Origin: a virus
Virus record (IMG/VR): IMGVR_UViG_3300009509_000031
Location: 1-64,000 of that record
Length of the DNA: 64,000 nt
Reading direction: 5' to 3' (one strand)
The notes beneath the pieces were generated by a model that worked only from the letters and a program-made list of their open reading frames with translations, was not told the origin of the DNA and ran no database searches. Below are positions 30,100-39,350 of the stretch, one piece after another; position 1 is the first letter of the stretch, and every line of letters starts with the position of its first letter. A program made the translations under genes and the position numbers.

Positions 30100-30148
30100 T
30101 TTAATATCTCCTTATTTATGGTCTTTAATAGTGGCGGCCAGAAATGAC

Positions 30149-31585
30149 CTATCCAAGAAAACGACCGCCCCAAAATGATTTTTTCGTTTCTTCAACCTCT
30201 TCAGGATCCCCATCAGCACTACTGCCCGGGTTTTCAACGTCAAGATCATCAACACGCTTTGTCAACGTAGCAACTTCTTCTTTAACAGCCTTAACCATCT
30301 CTTCCATCTTCGATCCAAACTCTGCAAGTTTGGTAGTGATCAATTCAGACATTTGCTTTGACACATCTTCCAGACTATCAGAAATGGACTTCGCATCTGA
30401 ATCCTGTGCTTGATCCTCAGTCTTAGTCACATCATCTGCCTTAGTCTTATCAATGCTGTCTTCTTTTTGATCCGTTTTGTTGCCCATCTCATTAATCTCC
30501 TGTTTTTTAACATCCTTATTGTTAAGGGCTGCTTCACCTTTAATTTCTTCAAGCAAAGCAACAAGTGTCTTTACAGCTGTTTCAAAACTAGAAAGCCTAG
30601 ATCGTTTCATCTTTGCACCAGCTTTCTGAATAAGAATTTCAGGATCCTTATCCCCACTGGCAACAAAGATTTTTACATCCCCGTCAAACAAATCGATCGT
30701 TTCATCTGTTTCAGCATCACCACCCTTATCAACAGTAACCGGTGCCATCTCTTTACCGATATCAACAAATTCTTTATCGTGATCAATATCAAGCGTTTTA
30801 ACAAACATCACTTGACCGGCTGCTTTTGCAATCCGTTCATACGCATCAATAGGTGATAGCTGTTTTACGATAGCCGTATCAACTTTTTTAGCCGTTAGAC
30901 TTTCTGCAATACTGCAAAACTCATTACAAGCTTCATCGGAAATGGTTTCTGCTGTTTCAACTTTAACGACTGTTGCAAGTGCCATCAGTCGATCCATAAG
31001 GGCCGTTTCATCCATCTTTTTAGTCTCCTTACTATTCCTTAACTGATCCTTAATTTGTTTCGACAACAGTTTATCAAGCGGATCATTCTCATCAAAAGAG
31101 GGTTTGATTTTATGCCGCAACTCAGCTCTTACAATCCTCTCGTGAACAACAGCCTTACTTTTTTGTTGTGTATACGTATTCGCGAATTGCTTAAACCTAA
31201 CCCGTGCATTTCGCGATCTTTCTGGAGTATCAAAAAAGAACTTTAGGTTTACCGGATCTCCATACTGATTAAGGTCCGTTGGCCCATCACTAGGAAACGA
31301 CAACCGTTCACCCTTGTTTTCCAAGGCTTCAATACCGAACCTGCTAGCTCTCTCTTTTTGTGCTTTTCGCTTTTCATCAATAGATGCTGAAGCAGCCGGT
31401 ACAGCCTGTTTACTGATAGCATCCTGTTCTGCTTCAAAGTCTCTAACAACAGACAACCCGCCATCTTCATTTTTAACAATCAAAAATGTTCTGCGAATGG
31501 CCGGCTTATCAACAACGGATACTTCCCTAACATCAACATCTTCAAGTTCTGTCGTTGCTCGCCTTTGTTTTGCATTACGTGCCAT
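30149..31585 (-). CDS. Scaffold-like protein carrying the protease EVSVVDKPA strand
   Basis: N-terminal LEDVDVREVSVVDKPA..FLIVK, internal YGDPVN domain, KAG.KM..SRL, acidic coiled coil, just upstream of MCP. Confidence 0.75.
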   Translation of the reverse strand: MARNAKQRRATTELEDVDVREVSVVDKPAIRRTFLIVKNEDGGLSVVRDFEAEQDAISKQAVPAASASIDEKRKAQKERASRFGIEALENKGERLSFPSDGPTDLNQYGDPVNLKFFFDTPERSRNARVRFKQFANTYTQQKSKAVVHERIVRAELRHKIKPSFDENDPLDKLLSKQIKDQLRNSKETKKMDETALMDRLMALATVVKVETAETISDEACNEFCSIAESLTAKKVDTAIVKQLSPIDAYERIAKAAGQVMFVKTLDIDHDKEFVDIGKEMAPVTVDKGGDAETDETIDLFDGDVKIFVASGDKDPEILIQKAGAKMKRSRLSSFETAVKTLVALLEEIKGEAALNNKDVKKQEINEMGNKTDQKEDSIDKTKADDVTKTEDQAQDSDAKSISDSLEDVSKQMSELITTKLAEFGSKMEEMVKAVKEEVATLTKRVDDLDVENPGSSADGDPEEVEETKKSFWGGRFLG

Positions 31586-31609
31586 AACACACCTTACAAG
31601 TCAATTCTA

Positions 31610-31639
31610 ATTATAATCAAACCTTCCTACGTCTTGCAA
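31610..31639 (-). promoter_or_regulatory. Sigma70-like promoter for scaffold and MCP
   Basis: Minus strand TTGCAA-N18-TATAAT, 24 nt before the ATG at 31585. Confidence 0.6.
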
Positions 31640-32621
31640 AGCCGCCTATAGAAAAACCGGTATACTTACCCGCTTTGATGTCTTTCCATAGTTGATCATC
31701 AAGAATGTGATACATAAGCAACCACGATCCCTGTTTCACCTTTTGCCCGTTTAGTGTCCAATTAACAGGCGATATATAGCTCTCATAAATTTCCATTTTT
31801 GAGTTAGCTATTTGCTTATGCTGCACACCACGATCTTGAAACCTTGCCAACCATCTATGTGCGGCATTGGCAATAGTCGGTTTTTTACGAATTGTATCAC
31901 CCTGTGCGTCAACTTCATTTGGCTCAAGAGCAATACCAAATACAATTCGTTGTTCCGTATCCGCTTTTTCTACCGGCAACAACTTAACGATAATATCATC
32001 AAGCTCTTTATCACTGGACTCAGCAATAGCTCTGCACACTGCACAGTTGCTACAGGTATCAGGCGAACACACCTTTTTTGTTTTACTAGACACCTTCAAT
32101 ACGCCAACAACAGCCTTTACACCCTCAGTACCCTCAAAAGTAATCGTTCTAAACGAACCAGGTTTAAACGTTTCTGGATCCCGTTGACGAAATCTAAAAC
32201 TCGTTTCTGTTTCATCCGGCTCTTTACCTTCAAACGTAACTTTAAAGCCGTGCTCTTTAATCCACTGTTTTGCAGCTGCTAGCGTTTTAAATTTCTCTTT
32301 ATCTAGGATCAACGTTTGTAGGGTTGTTGTTGTCTGTTTAGTGAGCTGTATCTCATCAAGCTCTTCAATAGACAGCTGCAGCGTATCAACAGCAAAAATG
32401 GCGGAAATATCGTCAAGATAGTCTTTTACAACGTGATTAATGTCGCGGTTAGTCATCTCTTGAACAATTAAAAGATGGGCTGCAATAACCGCATCTTTTA
32501 ATTGTTCAACAGAACTATGCAACCGGTTGTGTTTATCCACCAGTTCAGAATCTGAAGCGTTAACTAGCCAATCAGACTCAATAGTCGTTTCAACAGCGGT
32601 AACACTCATTTGTGCTTCCAT
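31617..32621 (-). CDS. XkdF-like prohead serine protease
   Basis: EQRIVFGIALEP..VDAQGD, AAH.W, QH, ESY.SP, GSWLL, W..IK.G.YTGFSIGG. Confidence 0.9.
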   Translation of the reverse strand: MEAQMSVTAVETTIESDWLVNASDSELVDKHNRLHSSVEQLKDAVIAAHLLIVQEMTNRDINHVVKDYLDDISAIFAVDTLQLSIEELDEIQLTKQTTTTLQTLILDKEKFKTLAAAKQWIKEHGFKVTFEGKEPDETETSFRFRQRDPETFKPGSFRTITFEGTEGVKAVVGVLKVSSKTKKVCSPDTCSNCAVCRAIAESSDKELDDIIVKLLPVEKADTEQRIVFGIALEPNEVDAQGDTIRKKPTIANAAHRWLARFQDRGVQHKQIANSKMEIYESYISPVNWTLNGQKVKQGSWLLMYHILDDQLWKDIKAGKYTGFSIGGFARRRKV

Positions 32622-32679
32622 ATGTAACTGTTATAACGAAATAGACTACCAAATACTGTGAACCTATATCAACATACTG

Positions 32680-33702
32680 CTAGTCTACAACAACCATCTC
32701 TGTCCTACATTCCCCATGAAAAGGCGGTATCAACGTTGCATCACCCCTACTAGCTGCTTCTTCAAGTCTAGCAGTTGCTAACCTGCTTCCTGTTTTTGCA
32801 CCACCTATGATCGTTTCAGCTGCCTTACCGCTTAACCATGGTGCGATAGACTTTACATCTTTTGGGGTTTTAGCTGCTAGAATCCTGTTCATTTGAGAAA
32901 CACCGGCAGCAACCGTTATAACTTGTCCTGACATCTGCTGGCAAATCTTACCTGTTCTATCATCCATAGGATTTGTTAGCCTGAATCTAACAACCTCACC
33001 TTGCTGATAAGCCGTTAACCGGCCAAAAGTTCTTGCTTGGTGTGATGCAGTTGAAGCAACTTGTTTTAGATACAACTGACTGTTACCCGCGTACCTAGCA
33101 GGCACTTTAGGTGCAAACTTTGTTTTACCGCCGGTAACAAGTCCAAACTCTCTTTTCAACGCATCATTAAGCACAGTGGCCGCTTCATCATGCCCTAATC
33201 CCTGCTGCAGCAACACATCGTTACTTACAGCTCGAATCCTTGTACTTAACTTATCAGAATAAAAATCCCCGATCCAAAATACCTGTTGTTGATTAATCGC
33301 CTTCACAGCTCTTCTATCTACAAGATCAAACACCGGTTTAAACTTAGCCTCTTTTGCCCCGATCTTTTTTGCGATCTTGTAAATTTCATTTACTTGTTTT
33401 TCAACAAACGCAATCTGTTCTTTTGTAAGCGGATCCCTAAGCTTCAAACCAAACTTTGCAAGAAAGGTATTTATCCGTTTTTGGGTATACGGACCTTTTT
33501 TCAGGGATTGTAACGACGCTGTAAGCGTCGTTTGTGCAGCTGTTTGCCAAGCAAGCGTGATAGCCTTTCTCATCCTCTCTTCCACTTTTGCGCTTTCTTT
33601 AACGGTACTGATCTTTGCTATAGCAAACAATACACCGTCAATGGCACCAGCAAGCTCAAAAAGCTCTGTTGTGGTTATAGATGAAATAGGCTCTTTTAAC
33701 AT
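32680..33702 (-). CDS. Minor head protein, Mu gpF / SPP1 gp7-like
   Basis: D.RT..IC..M.G and C-terminal PPFHGECRT. Confidence 0.85.
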   Translation of the reverse strand: MLKEPISSITTTELFELAGAIDGVLFAIAKISTVKESAKVEERMRKAITLAWQTAAQTTLTASLQSLKKGPYTQKRINTFLAKFGLKLRDPLTKEQIAFVEKQVNEIYKIAKKIGAKEAKFKPVFDLVDRRAVKAINQQQVFWIGDFYSDKLSTRIRAVSNDVLLQQGLGHDEAATVLNDALKREFGLVTGGKTKFAPKVPARYAGNSQLYLKQVASTASHQARTFGRLTAYQQGEVVRFRLTNPMDDRTGKICQQMSGQVITVAAGVSQMNRILAAKTPKDVKSIAPWLSGKAAETIIGGAKTGSRLATARLEEAASRGDATLIPPFHGECRTEMVVVD

Positions 33703-33710
33703 ATTACAGC

Positions 33711-34097
33711 TTACTTCAAAGAAAACTTACCGCCCCAAAAGTCTGCTTTTTCAATTTCCAAATCAACCAAATACTCTGGTTCACAATCCTCAGATCCGCC
33801 TTCATCCTTTTTCAGATTTTTAATAGGGACAAATACAGCCTTAACTTCTTCCGGTTCACCAAGCTGAATATTCCCGTTTTCATCCCTTGACAGAGAAAGC
33901 CTAAATTTCTTTCGCGTTTCACAATCAAGAGTAATAACATGATCCTTATAAATATGAGTAAGGATCAAACTCCTACTGAGTTTAGTCTTGAACCTGCCCA
34001 ATGCTTGGATAATCTTACCTGGCAACTCGCCAAGCTCTTCACCATCCTTCAAGTCTATCTTGTACACTTCAACGATCTGTTGTTGCTTAACACGCAT
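33711..34097 (-). CDS. Hypothetical head protein with scaffold-like C-terminal motif
   Basis: 128 aa ending EKADFWGGKFSLK. Confidence 0.6.
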   Translation of the reverse strand: MRVKQQQIVEVYKIDLKDGEELGELPGKIIQALGRFKTKLSRSLILTHIYKDHVITLDCETRKKFRLSLSRDENGNIQLGEPEEVKAVFVPIKNLKKDEGGSEDCEPEYLVDLEIEKADFWGGKFSLK

Positions 34098-34107
34098 AAC
34101 ACACCCC

Positions 34108-35793
34108 TTACTCGTCTAGGTTTAATACACGGCTTTCAAGTTCATCTTCGATCCGCTTTCTCAAACTCAACAACCCAGATATTAATTTACCAGTTTGTTG
34201 ATCAGCTGGAAGCGTTGGTGACTGTGATCCACTTCGTGAACTACCCTGCATCCCCTGTTGTGCTTGTGCAAAAGAGATAGAAAACGGGATATCAAGATCA
34301 ATACCTTTTGGCAACGGCCCGATATCATCACCGTATACATCCCTAACAATACGATCAGCCCGTCTAGGTGTCATACCGCCGGCACGTTCAGCAAAAGCCA
34401 GCAATCTGATCAACTCAATGTCATCAGTAATATTTGGCGTGTTTGATCTAAACGTATGAAAACGAGCGTTCCACCTAGAAAGTATAAACCTGTTAATCAA
34501 AAAATCATCACGAGATCGTTCCGGTGCAAACACCTGTTCATCCGCGATATCTCGTGAAGTATCAGCAGTGGCCCTAGTATAGTCATCACTCCTACCAACA
34601 AATATAGGCGGTAGCCTAAACGCTTGTCTTAGTTTATCCCGATTATTAGCATCATATTTTTGAAACAACTGATCGTCTTTTTGCATCTGTGCAAGCGGGA
34701 TCACCTTAATTTTAAAATTAGGCGGTGCCGGTGCACCCTCATCAAGTGTCTCACCTTCAAGGATTAGAAACTTTGATCGGTTTAAACTTGCTGCAACTTG
34801 CTGTTCAGTCCATTCCCTCAAACGTGTAATAGACGCTTGTGTCAACATTCCGTTTTCAACAATAACAAACATTGACGGAATCATGTTATTCGTCAAGCTA
34901 GTGTAATTAAGCTCTTCAGATTTACGCGATCCATAAATAGAAAAAAGATTACCTATCCAGTCTGGAATACCATACGCTGTAAGCGTGCTATGAACTTTAA
35001 AATGAACAAGGCTAGTCGCTCTAATACTTGGTGGCGTATTTTCATCATACTCACCAGTTTGTTTATTTAATGATCTTGGATCCCCTGCTTCTTTAAACCA
35101 AATTGGCTTACCGTGTCTGAGCAACACAAACTTTCTAAACCGGTGACTCATCGGTTTTAATTCATATGTAAAGTTTCTTGCAGGATTTACCCATGGAACA
35201 AAAACCTTTGTTGGTTTTTTATCCTGTTCAGTAAGCCTTACTTCATATGACCTAATATAGTTGACACCAACAAGTTCACCGTTTCTCGGATTATCAATCA
35301 GCTCAAGATACCCATTACCGTTTGAATGCTGATCATCTTTTGCACTTTCACGAAGCATTGTTAACGACTGTGTTGGATGCACAGTTTCTAACATAGCCGT
35401 TAGTCGCAATCGCTCTATCTCAATTTCCTCTTTAAACTTATCTCTAACACCGTCGGGCATTCTTCTTTCCCGAAGCTGATAACCAAACCCAACAGTGTTT
35501 GTAATCATCGATCTAATACACTGTGTTAACTCTGTGCTCTGCTCTTTAAGGGCTGTTAACTGCCCTAACGGATAACGCGGTGTAAGTATTTTATGCTTAC
35601 CAAATCGTTTATCAGAAAACGGATCTGGTTCATCCGCGTTAGATGATGGTGGTAGGTTTGAATCGGGGGAATCAATGAAAGTGGCTTTTAGGATCGCTGT
35701 TCGTTTATTTCCTTCGGAATCCCTGCCATGCAACTTGATAATAGACTGGTTCGGATTAGCTGACGATGTTACAGCTTTCCTTGTTCTTGCCAT
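34108..35793 (-). CDS. Portal protein (PBSX-like)
   Basis: GNGYLE, HFK..YGIPDW, N..IP, D..F..Y, FRLPPIFVG...DYTRATA, EQVF.PE. Confidence 0.95.
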   Translation of the reverse strand: MARTRKAVTSSANPNQSIIKLHGRDSEGNKRTAILKATFIDSPDSNLPPSSNADEPDPFSDKRFGKHKILTPRYPLGQLTALKEQSTELTQCIRSMITNTVGFGYQLRERRMPDGVRDKFKEEIEIERLRLTAMLETVHPTQSLTMLRESAKDDQHSNGNGYLELIDNPRNGELVGVNYIRSYEVRLTEQDKKPTKVFVPWVNPARNFTYELKPMSHRFRKFVLLRHGKPIWFKEAGDPRSLNKQTGEYDENTPPSIRATSLVHFKVHSTLTAYGIPDWIGNLFSIYGSRKSEELNYTSLTNNMIPSMFVIVENGMLTQASITRLREWTEQQVAASLNRSKFLILEGETLDEGAPAPPNFKIKVIPLAQMQKDDQLFQKYDANNRDKLRQAFRLPPIFVGRSDDYTRATADTSRDIADEQVFAPERSRDDFLINRFILSRWNARFHTFRSNTPNITDDIELIRLLAFAERAGGMTPRRADRIVRDVYGDDIGPLPKGIDLDIPFSISFAQAQQGMQGSSRSGSQSPTLPADQQTGKLISGLLSLRKRIEDELESRVLNLDE

Positions 35794-35815
35794 GATGATC
35801 CATTACAGTAATTGA

Positions 35816-35856
35816 AACCGGGCTGATAGGTAATAACAAACCGTATCAGCCCGGTT
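35816..35856 (-). terminator. Hairpin between 35865 gene and portal
   Basis: 13-bp perfect stem AACCGGGCTGATA/TATCAGCCCGGTT. Confidence 0.6.
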
Positions 35857-35864
35857 AACAGTGG

Positions 35865-36371
35865 TTAGCTTACTGCGGATGTTTTTACGTACTGAAACGA
35901 TTCAAGGTGAAACACAAACGTCACATTTGTAACGTCATCAGTTTCAATCTTGATGTTTCCTTCATCATCCGTGATCAGTACAACACCCTTGATATAATCA
36001 GAACCGATCGCGCCAGTCATTGCAAAGGTTCTTACAGTATCATCGTTATCAGGGGTATCACCATGGGCATACTTGACGTTATTAACCGCTGCTTCAGCGT
36101 TAACTAGTTCAAGAGTACCCATCAACTTAACAGCTTCACCAGTACGGATCGGATTAGTCAAAACAGCATTCAAAGCAGTGATGATATCGTAATCTTCCCA
36201 AGTATCGTTTACTGCAGCCGTAAATGCTGCCGTTTCAACATTACTAGGTACCCTATGTTCCTGTAGCATCGCCATTAGTGCGGCAAGATGCACATTACCA
36301 GCCTTCACCACACCCTTACCAATATTTGCTTGCCCATCAAAATACTCAGTGGGAATAGCACCAACCTTCAT
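35865..36371 (-). CDS. Hypothetical, probably virion protein
   Basis: ATG at 36371 (MKVGAIPT) behind AGGAG; flanked by hairpins. Confidence 0.6.
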   Translation of the reverse strand: MKVGAIPTEYFDGQANIGKGVVKAGNVHLAALMAMLQEHRVPSNVETAAFTAAVNDTWEDYDIITALNAVLTNPIRTGEAVKLMGTLELVNAEAAVNNVKYAHGDTPDNDDTVRTFAMTGAIGSDYIKGVVLITDDEGNIKIETDDVTNVTFVFHLESFQYVKTSAVS

Positions 36372-36406
36372 AATTAAACTCCTATGTTCGATTAAGCCAA
36401 ATAACA

Positions 36407-36435
36407 AAATGGTGGGGCGTTACACCCCACCATTT
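36407..36435 (-). terminator. Rho-independent terminator
   Basis: AAATGGTGGGG-N7-CCCCACCATTT followed by U-rich sequence on minus strand. Confidence 0.7.
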
Positions 36436-36452
36436 AATAACACTGTAACTGA

Positions 36453-36782
36453 CTACTCCCAAACCTGCCAAGAAAGCTCTTCACCATCTGCATCATTGAT
36501 ATCAGCCAAACCAGCTGGAATCCGGAACCCCGGGTTGCCGTTGCTATCCGGATCAAGCGGTGCAATACCACCACTAGCAACAACCGATCGGGTTCCGTCC
36601 GACGCGGTTTTGACCATACGGCCACTTGCCAAGCTATCGTTCCATTCAACTTGAATGTTGTTCGTCAGGTTGTTAACCACAACCCTACGGGGCTTAAACT
36701 GCAGGATCCTAACATCCAAGTTCTCAGAAAGATCAGATGTCAAGGTTCCAGCTTCATACCGCGATCCAACAGTGCTAGACAT
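36453..36782 (-). CDS. Small beta-rich protein, possible head decoration
   Basis: 109 aa, AAGGAG RBS, FKPRRV.V.N....EW motif, followed by terminator. Confidence 0.55.
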   Translation of the reverse strand: MSSTVGSRYEAGTLTSDLSENLDVRILQFKPRRVVVNNLTNNIQVEWNDSLASGRMVKTASDGTRSVVASGGIAPLDPDSNGNPGFRIPAGLADINDADGEELSWQVWE

Positions 36783-36868
36783 TTTCTAATTCTCCTTACG
36801 TTGAAGTTATAGGGCTTATGTTGTAATCCCTTTTATCATAGAAATGTAGTCTATCAATAAATAAGAAG

Positions 36869-38338
36869 TCAAATCAAGCCAACCTCTGATTTTCTCTTCT
36901 TTTTAACACCCCTTAATCCCATAGTTACCGCCAAATCAAACGCATCAAACAAATCTTTTGGTCCGTTCGGAAACGCACACATTCGCCTGATAAACCTGCC
37001 GTGTTGCCTTAACACATATATTGGCTTATCAGGCCCAAAAATTGTTGTCAGTTGGTTTGCTCTAACAACCTTATCCTTATTTGTCCAAACCCCAACTGTT
37101 GGAATGTGCGGCGATAAATACTGCATCATCTGCACCATCACTTGTTGATAGGCGTTGCTTTCAATACCTACTCTAACAGTATCAGGATGGGAATCAAACC
37201 GCTCATTAATTAGATTTATCTGTTTTGGAAACGTTATCCGCGTTTCCCTATACGCGATTAAAAAACAATCCTTACTTGATTTAGTTACGCATAATGTTAC
37301 GTGTGCAAAAAATGCGTTTATATCTTTCTGACTTGCTGCAAGATCAACACCCTGCCATTTGATCACATCTTGGGGCAACTGATCATAATACTTGAAATGT
37401 TCTTGTGTGAATATACCGCCAAGAGAAACACCAGCCCGACACATCCACTGAAGCTCAAAAGCTGCTAAATTGCCCCGTCTGATCCTGTGCATTCGTTCGG
37501 TAGGAAACTGCTCTTCCCAAACAGATTGATCCGTTTCTTCATCAAGAACACCAAACACAAAAGAACTTTCAACGTAATCACCTCCCCTTTTCGTATCAGA
37601 TAACCAGCCATACAAATCTTCTTCGTGCCACCTTGTGCCGATTAGCCACAACCTACCACCCGGCTCTAAACACGGTAACAACGTTTTATAGAACCAGTCT
37701 TTAAGTTTATTCCTTTGCCCTTCAGTTGTCGTATTATCTGCCGTACACAAATCATCACCAAGAATTAAATCATAGTGTCTAGATGGTAGAGCTGTTTCTG
37801 TTCCAATTGCGTGAACAGTTGGTTCTTTTAATCCAATAGCCGTTCTTTTACCAACGATGATTTCATCATCTGCCCATTTTTCAGCACCGGCAACAAAATT
37901 ACCAAATATGGCGATCAGTTCTTCATTCTTTTCAAGATGAGACTTAACACCGCGAAGTAAGGTCTTTGACTGGCCGGCAGCATCAGAAGCTAGCAAGATC
38001 CGAATATTCGGGTTTCTAACAATCTCAAACAGAATTCTTACTTCTGTACAGTAATGACTTTTTCTCGCACCTCTAAACGATAAAATTAAACCCTCAGAAT
38101 ACTGTTCTTGATGTTCCATCATTTCATGGTGGAACCACATAGGAGAATCACCACCAGGTGGGTTTTCGTGGCAACGATCAACAACAAACTCGGCAAAGAT
38201 ATCTATCCTGCCATACTTCAACACAAGCTCTCTAATCTTTGCTCGCCTTGCTGCTTTTGCATTGTCGTATTGTTTGCTGTATACATGCCTTTCTTTTAAG
38301 CGTTGTTTATCCCGTTTAGTATAAATCGGCGTTCCCAT
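36869..38338 (-). CDS. terL: Terminase large subunit
   Basis: FRGARKS Walker A variant, LILGDD Walker B, GTRWHEEDLYG, nuclease GVDLA / IESNAYQ / DLFDA. Confidence 0.95.
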   Translation of the reverse strand: MGTPIYTKRDKQRLKERHVYSKQYDNAKAARRAKIRELVLKYGRIDIFAEFVVDRCHENPPGGDSPMWFHHEMMEHQEQYSEGLILSFRGARKSHYCTEVRILFEIVRNPNIRILLASDAAGQSKTLLRGVKSHLEKNEELIAIFGNFVAGAEKWADDEIIVGKRTAIGLKEPTVHAIGTETALPSRHYDLILGDDLCTADNTTTEGQRNKLKDWFYKTLLPCLEPGGRLWLIGTRWHEEDLYGWLSDTKRGGDYVESSFVFGVLDEETDQSVWEEQFPTERMHRIRRGNLAAFELQWMCRAGVSLGGIFTQEHFKYYDQLPQDVIKWQGVDLAASQKDINAFFAHVTLCVTKSSKDCFLIAYRETRITFPKQINLINERFDSHPDTVRVGIESNAYQQVMVQMMQYLSPHIPTVGVWTNKDKVVRANQLTTIFGPDKPIYVLRQHGRFIRRMCAFPNGPKDLFDAFDLAVTMGLRGVKKKRKSEVGLI

Positions 38339-38778
38339 TATTTAAGCCGTTTTTGTTTTTCTTTCTCAATATAAATAGACAGCCGATCAGTATGTGACTT
38401 ACTTGTCAAATCAGCAATCACACCAGCAAGCACAGATGTTAAAATATCGGATTGAACACCGGCAGCAATAAGCCTAGCAATTAACTTCCTAACTCTAATA
38501 CCAACTTCCTTTACTCTATTTACGTGTGAAGCTGGTAATGCTTCATCAAGCTCTTGCTGCACAAGTTGCCACGCAAACTCTCTAATCTTTATCGGATCAA
38601 GCCCGTTTGCGGCTAATACATCGTTCACTTCCCTAATAGACAGGTATTCTTCTTCGTTATCACTCATTCCGGCCCTTGCTGCAGCTTTGATAATTCTAGG
38701 GCAAACCATCCCCTTACTATTTTTTTGAAAGGCCAGCACCAACCGTAATTCGGACCAGTGAATTGACTGACTAACCAC
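38338..38778 (-). CDS. Hypothetical protein
   Basis: Coupled to terL; true start probably MSDNEEEY near 38667. Confidence 0.55.
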   Translation of the reverse strand: MVSQSIHWSELRLVLAFQKNSKGMVCPRIIKAAARAGMSDNEEEYLSIREVNDVLAANGLDPIKIREFAWQLVQQELDEALPASHVNRVKEVGIRVRKLIARLIAAGVQSDILTSVLAGVIADLTSKSHTDRLSIYIEKEKQKRLK

Positions 38779-39350
38779 GATAAAGCCTCATCACTTTCAG
38801 CCCATGTTCGATCTGTTTCAAACCAGCCACGCAATGTTTGAATATAGCCGGCTCTTTCAAATCTAGCCCTAAAGTACGCAAACACTATCGGAAACGGAAA
38901 CAACAAATACAGTACAAACATCCCAAACACGGAATACCGCAAGAACTGCCTTAAATGCTCTCTTTCATGCTTCAAACAAACATAAACACGATTTTCCCAA
39001 TTCTGTGATCTGTTTTTTATACGTTCAGAATGCTGCCCACTAAACCCGATCATCCTGCCTAATGTTGTTGTGAACCCTGGTAAAAATCGCCTATTACCGC
39101 CGAACGTAAAGATTACAATAATCCAATGTAGTAACTTCCAATACCAATGATCTTCTTTATACTGCAATACGAGCAACGGAAACTCATTCCGCAATTCCAT
39201 ACATAACCGGTCTAGCAGTCCGTTTCGGCTTACTGTAAGGCTTACTTCTCCGAACCGGTGTGTTACAAACACTGGCTGTTCGTTTATTCCGTTTTGTTGG
39301 TTTAACGATTTGTTTTCTGTTCGGCTGTTGTTGTTTGTCAAATCTGTCAA
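38664..39350 (-). CDS. Putative HExxH zinc metallopeptidase, membrane-associated
   Basis: FTTTLG, LKHEREHLRQF, hydrophobic segment, R..FE..GY; start uncertain. Confidence 0.65.
   Translation of the reverse strand: MTDLTNNNSRTENKSLNQQNGINEQPVFVTHRFGEVSLTVSRNGLLDRLCMELRNEFPLLVLQYKEDHWYWKLLHWIIVIFTFGGNRRFLPGFTTTLGRMIGFSGQHSERIKNRSQNWENRVYVCLKHEREHLRQFLRYSVFGMFVLYLLFPFPIVFAYFRARFERAGYIQTLRGWFETDRTWAESDEALSWLVSQFTGPNYGWCWPFKKIVRGWFALELSKLQQGPE

Noticed and set aside
29113-30147. 344-aa plus-strand ORF, and similar ones at 15569..16273, 16183..16791, 40103..40630, 62792..63331
   Set aside because: Antisense shadows of well-supported minus-strand genes, with no motifs or RBS
31586-31616. Sequencing frameshift or readthrough joining protease and scaffold
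   Set aside because: The gap is 31 nt (out of frame), has a further in-frame TAA, and contains its own -10 box and RBS
15473-32667. Shared ACTGTGAACCTAT at ~15472 and ~32655 as a late promoter motif
   Set aside because: Only two copies noticed and one is an arm of a terminator-like hairpin; insufficient support
36869-38338. Intein or intron in terL, portal or MCP
   Set aside because: Lengths are normal and no intein or homing endonuclease motifs are present
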